Source: an uncultured Moraxellaceae bacterium
GTDB lineage: Bacteria > Pseudomonadota > Gammaproteobacteria > Pseudomonadales > Moraxellaceae
Assembly: GCA_937952925.1 (NCBI GenBank)
Contig: CALFYA010000438.1
Span: forward strand, 1 to 43,512
Direction of reading: 5' to 3'
Length of the DNA: 43,512 nt
Shown one piece after another: positions 30,053 to 39,237 of the stretch; the stretch's first letter is position 1, and the number at the start of each line of letters is the position of its first letter. Position numbers and translations under genes: made by a program. Under the pieces are notes generated by a model, which saw only the letters and a program-made list of their open reading frames with translations, was not told the DNA's origin and ran no database searches.

Positions 30053-31206
30053 GACGCACCTTCATCGGGTGCGAGCCCCAACACTTGGGCAAGGGCATCC
30101 AAGAAACGTTGGTTTTCTTGTGGCAAACCAATCGACACACGAATGTAATCAGGCATGCCGTAAGCGGTGACCGGACGCACAATCACGCCTTTTTGCAACA
30201 GCGCATTGAAAATGCTCACCCCATCGCGCGAGCCGCCTTTGTTAATTCGTACACTGATAAAATTGCCATGCGACGGGATAAAGTCGAGACGCAGCTCACG
30301 CAAACCCGCTTCAAGTTGCGCCATACCCGCACGATTGAGTTCACGGCTTTGGGTCACAAAATCCTGATCTTCAAGCGCGGCTTTGGCAGCAGACAGTGCA
30401 AATGAATTGACATTAAACGGTTGACGCACGCGATTGAGCAAATTGGTCACGTCTGGACTCGCCAACGCAAAACCGACCCGCAAGGACGCCAAACCATAGG
30501 CTTTGGATAAGGTACGGCTGATCAACAGGTTGCTGTGTTTGCGCAAAAACTTGAGGCTATCGAACTCTTCGGGAAAGTATTCGACATAGGCTTCGTCGAG
30601 CACGACCAACACGTTGCACGGGACTTTTTCCATAAAATCGGCAAAGTCAGCTTCTCCAAACCATGTCCCTGTGGGGTTGTTGGGGTTGGCCAAAAACACC
30701 ACACGGGTATTGTCACGGATGGCCTTCGCCATCGCGGGCAGATCATGTCCAAAGTCTTTGGCAGGGACTTCAATCCCTGTTGCACCAATGGCTTGCACCA
30801 CCAACGGATATACCGCAAACGCATGTTGGCTATACACCGCCGAGCTTTGCGGTGAGATAAAGGTACGCGCCACCATCTCAAGGATGTCGTTGGAGCCATT
30901 GCCCAAGGTCACTTGGTTCATCTGCACGTCAAACATGCGGCAAATGGTGTCTTTGAGATGAAAACCATTGCCATCGGGATAGCGCCCAACGTCAGCAAGT
31001 TCGGCTTGGATGGCGGCAGTCACTTTGGGTGAGCAGCCGAGTGGGTTTTCATTACTGGCGAGCTTGACAATATCGGTCAAGCCCAGCTCACGCTTGAGCT
31101 CATCAATTGGCTTGCCGGTTTGATACGGGGCTAAACGTGCAATCCCTTGGTTGGCGGGCAATAAAGCAGGCGCGCCCAACCCTGCTTCGCGTTCACGTTG
31201 ACTCAT
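30049..31206 (-). CDS. hisC: Histidinol-phosphate/aromatic aminotransferase (HisC family)
   Basis: LASNENPLG...NPNNPTG...SRTLSKAYGLASLRVG (PLP lysine). Start at ATG 31206, just after the pheA stop. There is a 4-nt overlap with tyrA::aroA. Confidence 0.92.
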   Translation of the reverse strand: MSQREREAGLGAPALLPANQGIARLAPYQTGKPIDELKRELGLTDIVKLASNENPLGCSPKVTAAIQAELADVGRYPDGNGFHLKDTICRMFDVQMNQVTLGNGSNDILEMVARTFISPQSSAVYSQHAFAVYPLVVQAIGATGIEVPAKDFGHDLPAMAKAIRDNTRVVFLANPNNPTGTWFGEADFADFMEKVPCNVLVVLDEAYVEYFPEEFDSLKFLRKHSNLLISRTLSKAYGLASLRVGFALASPDVTNLLNRVRQPFNVNSFALSAAKAALEDQDFVTQSRELNRAGMAQLEAGLRELRLDFIPSHGNFISVRINKGGSRDGVSIFNALLQKGVIVRPVTAYGMPDYIRVSIGLPQENQRFLDALAQVLGLAPDEGAS

Positions 31207-31219
31207 GTGTGCTCTCTCA

Positions 31220-32353
31220 TTATAAGACAGCGCGTGGGTAAGACCCCAACACGCGCAATTCTTTGACAAGCGGGGTGATCTCAGCCAAGGCTTGTGCCAC
31301 GTTGGCATCGTCCTGATGGCCTTTGAGATCAATAAAAAACACATACGCCCATTTGTCTGGCAATGCCGGACGTGTTTCGATACTGGTCAGCGAAATACCA
31401 TGCGTGGCAAACGGTGCCAAGATATCCAGCAGTGCACCCGCACGGTCATGTGCTGCAATCAGTAGTGAGGTTTTGTCATCACCACTTGGGGGAATCTGCT
31501 CACGACCAATCACCAAAAAGCGCGTGGTGTTGTTGGGATTGTCTTCAATGTTGGGGTGCAGTACGGTCAAATCGTACTGCTCTGCCGCCATCTCACCGGC
31601 AATCGCGGCTGAATGCCATTCGCTTTTGATCCGGCGCGCCGCTTCGGCATTGCTACTCACCGCCACACGCTCGGCCTGCGGATAGTGCGCATCAAGCCAT
31701 TTTCGGCACTGCGCCAAGGACTGCTGGTGTGAATAAATACGAGTAATTGAATCTTGACGGGTGCTCGGTGCAACCAGCAAATTGTGGTGAATCCGCAGCT
31801 CCACTTCGCCAATCACATTGAGCGTTGAGCCAATAAAACAATCAAGGGTGTGATTGACTACGCCTTCGGAGGAATTTTCGACTGGTACCACGCCATAATG
31901 CGCACTACCCGCTTCGACTTCACGGAACACTTCATCAATGGTTGCCATCGGGCGGCTGACCGCTGCATGCCCAAAATGCTTGAGGGCGGCGGCTTGGGTA
32001 AAAGTGCCTTGGGGGCCTAAAAATGCGATGGTTTGCGGTGCTTCAAGGGCTAAACACGCCGACATGATCTCACGAAACAGACGCGCCACCGTTTCATCCG
32101 ATAAGGGGCCTTCATTGCGTGCCATCACGTTGCGCAGTACCTGTGCTTCGCGTTCAGGCCGATAAAACAACGGATTGGTTTCAGTCGCCATTTTGCTGCG
32201 AGCCACTTGCTCTGCCAAACGCGCCCGTTGATTGAGCAATTGGTGGATTTGCCGATCTACACTGTCAATTTGATCCCGAATTTGTGTAAGTGGCACTGCG
32301 GCAATCGGCTCGATACTGCCACGCCAGCCTTCGCCGTCTGAAGTCGATGTCAT
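31220..32353 (-). CDS. pheA: Bifunctional chorismate mutase / prephenate dehydratase (P-protein)
   Basis: The CM helix is IRDQIDSVDRQIHQLLNQRARLAEQVA. The PDT core is IAFLGPQGTFT...VPVENSSEGVV. The ACT domain is TSLLIAAHDRAGAL...ESRP. Start at ATG 32353 (AGGGGCAGGA upstream). Confidence 0.95.
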   Translation of the reverse strand: MTSTSDGEGWRGSIEPIAAVPLTQIRDQIDSVDRQIHQLLNQRARLAEQVARSKMATETNPLFYRPEREAQVLRNVMARNEGPLSDETVARLFREIMSACLALEAPQTIAFLGPQGTFTQAAALKHFGHAAVSRPMATIDEVFREVEAGSAHYGVVPVENSSEGVVNHTLDCFIGSTLNVIGEVELRIHHNLLVAPSTRQDSITRIYSHQQSLAQCRKWLDAHYPQAERVAVSSNAEAARRIKSEWHSAAIAGEMAAEQYDLTVLHPNIEDNPNNTTRFLVIGREQIPPSGDDKTSLLIAAHDRAGALLDILAPFATHGISLTSIETRPALPDKWAYVFFIDLKGHQDDANVAQALAEITPLVKELRVLGSYPRAVL

Positions 32354-32532
32354 CGTCCTGCCCCTGATTCTGCAAGGGGCAAAGTGTAGCAAAAATCTGG
32401 GCAAGCGTTGCACTCTCTTCGGGTTTTGCAGTGAGTTGGTTGCAAAATCAACACTGCCGCAACTTGCTTTTTGTCAGATTCATCCGCATCTTGTGGTTAG
32501 ACCAAGGAAGATCACGATTTGCGAGTGTATGA

Positions 32533-33492
32533 ATGTCTGTCAATGTCCTCCAACAACTGAGTCGCTATACCACGATTGTTGCTGATACCGGTGATTTGGC
32601 GGCGATTGCACGTCTACGTCCACAAGATGCGACGACCAATCCCGCCTTGATTACCGCTGCGGTGTTGCAGCCTGAGCATCGGGCGTTGGTTGCCGACTAC
32701 ATTCAGCAGTCACATTTGCTTAGGCTAAATAATACTGAACGCGTGGAATGGGTGATTGATCAGCTCACCGTGGCGCTTGGCCTGCAAATCTCTGCCCTGA
32801 TTGCAGGGCGGGTGTCTACCGAAGTTGATGCTCGTTTGTCTTACGATACCGAGGGTACGATTGCCAAAGCGCGTGAATTGATGGCGATGTATCAGGCTGC
32901 TGGCGTTGGAACGGATCGGGTGCTGATCAAGATTGCCGCCACATGGGAAGGTATCCAAGCTGCGCGTGTGCTTGAGCAAGAAGGCATCCACTGTAATTTG
33001 ACCTTGCTGTTTGGCATGCATCAAGCCGTAGCCTGTGCTGAAGCGGGTGTGACCTTGATTTCACCGTTTGTAGGTCGGATTTTGGATTGGCAGAAAAAAC
33101 ATGAAGGCCGTGATGCGATTCCGACTGAGGAAGATATGGGCGTGCAATCGGTCAAGCAGATTTTTGAATACTACAAACAACATGGCTATGCCACTGAGGT
33201 GATGGGTGCGAGCTTTCGCAGTACCGCACAAATTGAAGCCTTGGCGGGTTGTGATTTGCTCACCATCTCCCCTGCGTTACTTGATCAACTGGCAGCAAGC
33301 ACACATCCATTAGCGCCACAATTGGATGCGAGCAGTATCTGTAAGATCGCAAATCGACCAGCCGCTATGACGCAAGCACAGTTTATGGACGCACATCATG
33401 CCGATCCGATGTCGTCGCAATTGCTTGATGCAGGGATTAAAGGTTTTGTGGTGGCGCGTGAGCAGTTGTTTAAGCAACTCAGCAAGATATAA
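32533..33492 (+). CDS. tal: Transaldolase
   Basis: TTIVADTGDL...ATTNPALI...LIKIAATWEGI...CNLTLLF...LISPFVGRILDW (Schiff-base Lys region). Confidence 0.95.
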   Translation: MSVNVLQQLSRYTTIVADTGDLAAIARLRPQDATTNPALITAAVLQPEHRALVADYIQQSHLLRLNNTERVEWVIDQLTVALGLQISALIAGRVSTEVDARLSYDTEGTIAKARELMAMYQAAGVGTDRVLIKIAATWEGIQAARVLEQEGIHCNLTLLFGMHQAVACAEAGVTLISPFVGRILDWQKKHEGRDAIPTEEDMGVQSVKQIFEYYKQHGYATEVMGASFRSTAQIEALAGCDLLTISPALLDQLAASTHPLAPQLDASSICKIANRPAAMTQAQFMDAHHADPMSSQLLDAGIKGFVVAREQLFKQLSKI

Positions 33493-33601
33493 TAATGAAA
33501 AAATAGCATCACTGGCTCTTTCAAGTACAAGAAAAACATATATAATGTGTTCTTCTTGTACTCAAGTTAAGATTTTTTTTAATCATGAGGTTGGCTAGAC
33601 A

Positions 33602-33688
33602 ATGGAAATTCTAATCAACATTTTTGAGCGTGAAATTGCTATGGCATTAGTTATAGGTCTAAGCTATATCTTTTTTATCAAACTCTAG
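33602..33688 (+). CDS. Speculative 28-codon hydrophobic mini-ORF (MEILINIFEREIAMALVIGLSYIFFIKL)
   Basis: I read this by hand, as it is below the track cutoff. GAGG lies about 11 nt upstream. The stop G is the first base of a repeat copy (see findings). There is no homology evidence. Confidence 0.2.
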   Translation: MEILINIFEREIAMALVIGLSYIFFIKL

Positions 33689-33724
33689 AGTACAAGAGTC
33701 GCCTTAAGAACGGAGTGCTGAAAA

Positions 33725-34195
33725 ATGTTCTTCATGATTGGTTGTATTTATCTTGGGCTTCTAACTGTTTTTGGAGCTATTGGTACTGGTATTGTAATGG
33801 CTGTAGGTTTATCTTACAGTCCATTAGCAAGCAAGAATGTTGTGAAGTTTGTACAACTTCTATCATTGATGCATGTAATGCTATTGCCTGTAGATACAAC
33901 ACCAGCTATTGGCTTTGATGTACGCATTCCCTTATCAAAAGAGTTCTTCGATCTTTTTGTAACATGGGCTGATGTTAGGATTGATATCAAAGGTTTCTTA
34001 TTTGGTATCATTGCTACACTTATGCCTTGGTCTGGTTTTATTGTTATGAAACTGGTAGAAGAGATTGATTGGCTTGCATTGATTTGGTGTCCATTCTTCA
34101 TTCTCATCACAGTTGGATTCTGGTTGTATTGGGCTTTTGCTGATCATTCAGAATCTGCTATCCTCACGTTTTTTATGGAGTATTCTTGGTATTAA
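33725..34195 (+). CDS. ORFan integral membrane protein (3-4 predicted TM segments) in an AT-rich islet
   Basis: A 156-aa ORF with GGAG 10 nt upstream. The hydrophobic stretches are FFMIGCIYLGLLTVFGAIGTGIVMAVGL, FLFGIIATLMPWSGFIVM and LALIWCPFFILITVGFWLYWAF. I do not recognise a family. Confidence 0.55.
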   Translation: MFFMIGCIYLGLLTVFGAIGTGIVMAVGLSYSPLASKNVVKFVQLLSLMHVMLLPVDTTPAIGFDVRIPLSKEFFDLFVTWADVRIDIKGFLFGIIATLMPWSGFIVMKLVEEIDWLALIWCPFFILITVGFWLYWAFADHSESAILTFFMEYSWY

Positions 34196-34290
34196 TCTGT
34201 ATTATAACTATCTCTTAACCTAATGTTGTTGGCTTAAAATCTGAATATCGTGATTTTATTGAGGGCTGACACTCGCCAGCCCTCTCCCAC

Positions 34291-36876
34291 TTACCGCCCT
34301 GCATTCAACAAATTGCTCAGCGTTTCGGTCACACTACTCGACGACACCTGCCCTTGCAGCACCCGCAAAATCTGCTCTGCTTGCGCACGCATTGGCGCTT
34401 TGAGCGTATACCAACGCGACAACGCCTGTAAAATCCGCGAGCCTAAGATCGGGTTTTGTCCATCCAAGCGTTTGGCAATATCGGCGTACAACTGCACACC
34501 ATCAACTGTCCAAAACGCCAACGGATTACCCGCAAAATGACTGGTCACTGCGCGAATCCGGTTGGGCGTGCCCCAATCAAAACGCGCATGTTCGGTGAGT
34601 GCGCGAATATCGCTAGCAGTGGCTGCCGGATTGCCCGACTGCACACTAAACCACAAATCCATCGCCAGCGCTTCTTCGCTAAAGCGCGCCGCAAAATCGG
34701 CGAGTTTTTCTGCTGCATCGGGTGCGTCATGCCACACCAATTGACGCAGTGCACCCAAACGCTCAGTCATACACACTGCTTGATCGTACTGGCTGCTGGC
34801 CAAGCGTAGCGCGTCGGTCAGTCCAGCACGACAGGCCATCGACAGTACCACATTACGCCATGCACGCCGCCCCATCGCTTCGCTGCTATCCACATACGGC
34901 ACAATCGGCTGCTCGGTATAGGCGCTCAGCCAATAATCTTGTAAGCGGTGCGCCAAGGCGTTCAGCAAGGCTTCGCGCTGCTCATGCACCACATCAGGAT
35001 CATAATCTTGATGAATCCGGCTGGCGATATAGTTTTCACTGGGCACATCCAGCAAACGCGAGGCCAAAAGCGGATCAGTCGCCGCGACGTGTGGCAAGGT
35101 TTGCGCCATCGCCTCCAAGTAGATCTGTGCATCGTGGCCTTGCAGCAATACGCGCTCAACCAACTGCTGCGCCGCTTGCCATTGGTTAAAGCCGTTGGTT
35201 TCGTGTTGTAGCAAAAACGCTAAATCGTGATCGTCGTAGGCAAAATCCAGCAACACCGGCGCAGAAAAATCACGCAGCACCGATGCCACTGGCGCCGACG
35301 TCACGCCTTCAAACACAAACTGCTGCTCGGCTTGGGTCAGCATCAGCACGCGCTCGGCCTGCAATTGCCCGCTAGCCCGATCAAACAGCGCGGTGCTGAC
35401 CGGAATCGGCAGCGGCACAGGATCGGGATATTTGGCGCGTTTGGGCGTGGCTTGGGTCAGCGTAAGCGTATAGGTCTGCGCGGCTGCGTCATACACGCCT
35501 GCACCACTCACACACGGCGTGGCGGGCTGGCTATACCATGTGAGGAAATTGCGCACATCCACGCCCGAACCATCGCTGAGGCTATCGAGCAAATCTTCCA
35601 CCGTGACGGCTTGCCCATCGTGACGGCGGAAATACTCATCTGTCCCCAAACGAAACTTCTCTTTGCCAAGTAGCGTGGCGATCATCCGCACAATTTCTGC
35701 GCCTTTGTCGTAGACGGTGGCGGTGTAGAAATTGTTAATTTCCACAAAATGATCAGGACGCGGTGGATGCGACATGGGGCCTGCATCTTCGGCAAATTGC
35801 GCCGATTTTAGGCTGGACACATCATCAATGCGTTGTACCGCAGCCGATTGCAGGGTTTCTGAAAACGACTGATCACGAAAAACGGTAAAGCCTTCTTTCA
35901 AGCACAGTTGAAACCAATCACGACAGGTGATGCGGTTGCCCGTCCAATTGTGAAAATACTCATGGGCAATAGTGGATTTCACATAAAAATTGGCCGGATC
36001 GGTGGTGGTCTGCGGGTCTGACAGCACACAGGCGGTATTAAAAATATTCAGGCCTTTGTTTTCCATCGCGCCCATATTGAACTGACTGACCGCCACAATC
36101 ATGTAGTTGTCCAGATCATACGGGCGACCGTAGACCTCCTCATCCCATTGCATTGAGTCTTTCAGGGCTTGCATGCCCACATGGCATTTGTCGATGTCGC
36201 GGCTTTCGGTGTATAGCTCTAGGCTGACCACGCGGCCTTCGCTAGTGGTATAGCTGTCTTTGAGCACGGCCAAATCACCGGCCACACACGCAAACAAATA
36301 GCTGGGCTTTTTGGTGGGATCTTGCCAAATGGTGTAGTGCCGCCCCGCACCGGCTGCGCCTTTTTCCAGCAAATTGCCATTGGCGAGCAAGGTGGGATAT
36401 TTCAGATCAGCTTCTAAGCGAGTGGTATACACACTCAAGACATCAGGACGATCGGGGAAAAAAGTGATTTTACGAAAGCCTTCCGGCTCGTTTTGGGTGA
36501 CAAACAAATTGCCCGCTTGATACAAGCCTTCAAGCTGGGTGTTGCTTTCGGGGTGAATCCGCACGCGAGTTTCCACCATGCAGGTATCTGGTGCATCAAG
36601 CACCGTGAGTTGTTCGCTGGTCAAATGGTATTGCTCAGGGCGCAGCACCTGACCATCGACGCGAATTTCTAGCAACTCCAAATCACGACCGAGCAATATA
36701 AGCTCACCAGCGTGCTGACGCTGCATGCTCAGGAGGCTAGATACCAAGGTTTCATGGTCAAAAATCGAAATATCCAGATCGACTTGATGTACCGCATACA
36801 CCGGCGGTTGATAGTCTTTGAGATACACCACCGGATGGGCGTGTTGAGTGTCTTCACTTGAGGTGGCAATATTCAT
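34291..36876 (-). CDS. pepN: Aminopeptidase N
   Basis: An 861-aa ORF with GAMENKGLNIF and HEYFHNWTGNRITCRDWFQLCLKEG (the HExxH-18-E zinc motif). Confidence 0.97.
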   Translation of the reverse strand: MNIATSSEDTQHAHPVVYLKDYQPPVYAVHQVDLDISIFDHETLVSSLLSMQRQHAGELILLGRDLELLEIRVDGQVLRPEQYHLTSEQLTVLDAPDTCMVETRVRIHPESNTQLEGLYQAGNLFVTQNEPEGFRKITFFPDRPDVLSVYTTRLEADLKYPTLLANGNLLEKGAAGAGRHYTIWQDPTKKPSYLFACVAGDLAVLKDSYTTSEGRVVSLELYTESRDIDKCHVGMQALKDSMQWDEEVYGRPYDLDNYMIVAVSQFNMGAMENKGLNIFNTACVLSDPQTTTDPANFYVKSTIAHEYFHNWTGNRITCRDWFQLCLKEGFTVFRDQSFSETLQSAAVQRIDDVSSLKSAQFAEDAGPMSHPPRPDHFVEINNFYTATVYDKGAEIVRMIATLLGKEKFRLGTDEYFRRHDGQAVTVEDLLDSLSDGSGVDVRNFLTWYSQPATPCVSGAGVYDAAAQTYTLTLTQATPKRAKYPDPVPLPIPVSTALFDRASGQLQAERVLMLTQAEQQFVFEGVTSAPVASVLRDFSAPVLLDFAYDDHDLAFLLQHETNGFNQWQAAQQLVERVLLQGHDAQIYLEAMAQTLPHVAATDPLLASRLLDVPSENYIASRIHQDYDPDVVHEQREALLNALAHRLQDYWLSAYTEQPIVPYVDSSEAMGRRAWRNVVLSMACRAGLTDALRLASSQYDQAVCMTERLGALRQLVWHDAPDAAEKLADFAARFSEEALAMDLWFSVQSGNPAATASDIRALTEHARFDWGTPNRIRAVTSHFAGNPLAFWTVDGVQLYADIAKRLDGQNPILGSRILQALSRWYTLKAPMRAQAEQILRVLQGQVSSSSVTETLSNLLNAGR

Positions 36877-37003
36877 GGGAAATCCTTGTGGTGACGCAAC
36901 AGCTAGCGTATAGCATAGGTAAGGGTGAATGGCGATGAGATCAAGGGGATCAATCGGGATTGTCTGCTACACTACCCCCCAATTCTTTTGCTAGACCACC
37001 ACC

Positions 37004-38404
37004 GTGACCCAATCCACCAGCCGCGCCCCCCAATTTGACACCCTCTCGCTTGGTCGCGACATGCTGCAAAACCTCTCCAGCATGGGCTTTGCCGAGATGA
37101 CCGCGATCCAAGCCGCCAGCCTACCGCACATTTTGAAGGGCGCGGATGTGATTGCCCAAGCCAAAACCGGTAGTGGCAAAACTGTGGCATTTGGGCTTGG
37201 CGTGCTGCAAAAACTTGACCCCAAAAGCCTCGCCCCACAAAGCTTAATCCTCTGCCCCACCCGCGAACTCGCCGATCAAGTGGCGCAAGAGCTGCGCCGC
37301 CTTGCCCGTGCGATTGGCAATATCAAAATCTTGGTGCTCGGCGGTGGTGTGGCGATGAACCCACAAATCGAATCACTCGAACACGGCGCACACATTATCG
37401 TTGGCACCGCAGGACGCATCCAAAAGCATTTGGATAAAGGCTCGTTGTCACTCGCAGCCATCAATAGCATCGTGCTCGACGAAGCCGACCGGATGCTGGA
37501 TATGGGCTTTTTTGACAGTATTAGCGCGATTATCAAACAAGCACCCACAGATCGGCAGACCTTGCTGTTTTCCGCCACTTATCCAGACGGCATCAAGACC
37601 CTCGCCAAGCAATTTATGCAAGCGCCGCAACAAATCACCGTGGCTGAGCAACACAGCGATACGCAAATTGAGCAGCGCTGCTATGAAATTGCGCCTGAGC
37701 AACGCTTTGAGATGGTGACCAAAGTCTTGCAACACTATCGCCCTGAATCGTGTGTGGCGTTTTGCTTTACCAAGCAGCAATGCCAAGACCTGACCACGCA
37801 CCTGATCAGCAAAGGCATCTCGGCACAAGCACTCAATGGCGATCTGGATCAACGAGATCGTGATCAAGTGGTGACCATGTTTGCCAACAAAAGCATCTCG
37901 GTGTTGGTCGCAACCGATGTGGCTGCGCGTGGTTTAGACATTGCTGGCCTTGATTTGGTGATCAATGTGGAGCTGACCGGCGAGCCAGAAACCCATATCC
38001 ACCGGATTGGGCGGACAGGTCGCGCCGGTGCAACCGGTGTGGCGGTGAGCTTGATTGCACCGCGTGAAGCGCGTCGTGCGGCAGCGATTGAAGACATCCA
38101 AGGTCAGCCGTTTGTGTTTTATCCGATCAGTGAACTGGTGGGCAAAACCACACCGCTGACCGCCCCGATGATGACCATTGCACTCAGTTCAGGCCGTAAG
38201 GACAAATTGCGTGCTGGTGATATTTTGGGTGCGCTGACCGGTGAGCATGGCCTGCCTGCGGGTAAGATTGGCAAAATCACCATTATGGATATGCAGTCTT
38301 ATGTGGCGGTGGAGCAAGGTAGCGCCAAGCAAGCACTGAAGCGGTTGACCACAGGTAAGGTGAAAGGCCGGACGATTAAAGCACGGTTGGTGACGCTGGG
38401 TTAA
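37004..38404 (+). CDS. dbpA: ATP-dependent DEAD-box RNA helicase DbpA
   Basis: The motifs are AQAKTGSGKT, VLDEADRM, SAT and HRIGRTGRAG, plus the C-terminal DbpA RNA-binding domain (GRKDKLRAGDILGAL...). GTG 37004 is the first start after an in-frame TAG. Confidence 0.9.
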   Translation: MTQSTSRAPQFDTLSLGRDMLQNLSSMGFAEMTAIQAASLPHILKGADVIAQAKTGSGKTVAFGLGVLQKLDPKSLAPQSLILCPTRELADQVAQELRRLARAIGNIKILVLGGGVAMNPQIESLEHGAHIIVGTAGRIQKHLDKGSLSLAAINSIVLDEADRMLDMGFFDSISAIIKQAPTDRQTLLFSATYPDGIKTLAKQFMQAPQQITVAEQHSDTQIEQRCYEIAPEQRFEMVTKVLQHYRPESCVAFCFTKQQCQDLTTHLISKGISAQALNGDLDQRDRDQVVTMFANKSISVLVATDVAARGLDIAGLDLVINVELTGEPETHIHRIGRTGRAGATGVAVSLIAPREARRAAAIEDIQGQPFVFYPISELVGKTTPLTAPMMTIALSSGRKDKLRAGDILGALTGEHGLPAGKIGKITIMDMQSYVAVEQGSAKQALKRLTTGKVKGRTIKARLVTLG

Positions 38405-38567
38405 GCAGGTGAGGCAGCATCTCTTTTGAGGTGCTGCTGGTCAGAGGATTAAAAACAAAATGGCATACTCTTTTGCACATACAATCAGTCGTATCGCTTG
38501 TAATAGTTAATATCCTAGTGTCTACTAAAAGCCAGTTAAAATATCAAGTCAGCATAGGAGTTTATTA

Positions 38568-38882
38568 ATGCGAAACTTATTTTCCTTGATGATATGCATG
38601 TTATTTTTTCTCACAAGCACTTTAGAAGCTGGGGAAGTCAAAAACACATCAGCTTCCCCTGAGCCTGTTAAATGTTACGAAGGAAGTTGGGGTAGTAAAG
38701 ACCGTGAGGGGTTTGGCTTAACGGCTGGACAGGCTATTGAGCTATGTAGTGGAACAGCAAATGCTAACAAGACACTTTTATGCTTTTCGAAAGCATGGGG
38801 ACATACCAACGATGGAGGACTAGGGTTGACTCTTGGCCAAGCTATTGATCTTTGCAAATCAAACCAAAGCTCTACCAATTGA
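38568..38882 (+). CDS. Small secreted protein with two tandem Cys-x23-Cys repeats (unknown family)
   Basis: There is a strong SD (AGGAG, 8 nt spacing) and a signal peptide, MRNLFSLMICMLFFLTSTLEA. The repeats are C36-C60, CYEGSWGSKDREGFGLTAGQAIELC, and C72-C96, CFSKAWGHTNDGGLGLTLGQAIDLC. The gene is AT-rich. Confidence 0.6.
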   Translation: MRNLFSLMICMLFFLTSTLEAGEVKNTSASPEPVKCYEGSWGSKDREGFGLTAGQAIELCSGTANANKTLLCFSKAWGHTNDGGLGLTLGQAIDLCKSNQSSTN

Positions 38883-38909
38883 AAGATTGTAACTCACGTG
38901 TCATATGAG

Positions 38910-39191
38910 CTAAATCTTACATTCAACCGCCGCAGCCTCCAAAATCTCAACCGGTACGCCACGCCTTTTAAGTGCTTCAATCAAGCGAGCTTCCGCGCTA
39001 AACAGATACTGCGCTTCATCACGGCGCAGCCCATCACTGATATAGGCTTTCATCAACGCTTGGTAGCCTGAAAATCCACGCAGTGGCGCAATTTCTTTCA
39101 TCGACTCCACCACATCCACAGGCATACGAATGGTGATCGACGTGCTAGGCCGCTTTTTGGTCAAACGGGCTTTGATTTTATCCGGCATCAT
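38910..39191 (-). CDS. CopG/BrnA-like ribbon-helix-helix protein (antitoxin-like, no cognate toxin seen)
   Basis: KKRPSTSITIRMPVDVVESMKEIAPLRGFSGYQALMKAYISDGL resembles the BrnA pattern (basic stretch, ITIRL..D.L..., GYQT.IN..L). Start at ATG 39191 (GAGGAG 10 nt upstream). The track ORF begins at TTG 39212. Confidence 0.7.
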   Translation of the reverse strand: MMPDKIKARLTKKRPSTSITIRMPVDVVESMKEIAPLRGFSGYQALMKAYISDGLRRDEAQYLFSAEARLIEALKRRGVPVEILEAAAVECKI

Positions 39192-39237
39192 CGTTTTTAC
39201 GCTCCTCGGCAATCGCTTTACGGGCTGAGAATACCTT

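Noticed and set aside
38910-39212. Calling the RHH gene part of a complete type II toxin-antitoxin module
   Set aside because: No toxin-sized ORF (BrnT, RelE or similar) is adjacent on either side, so it is reported only as an orphan antitoxin-like gene.
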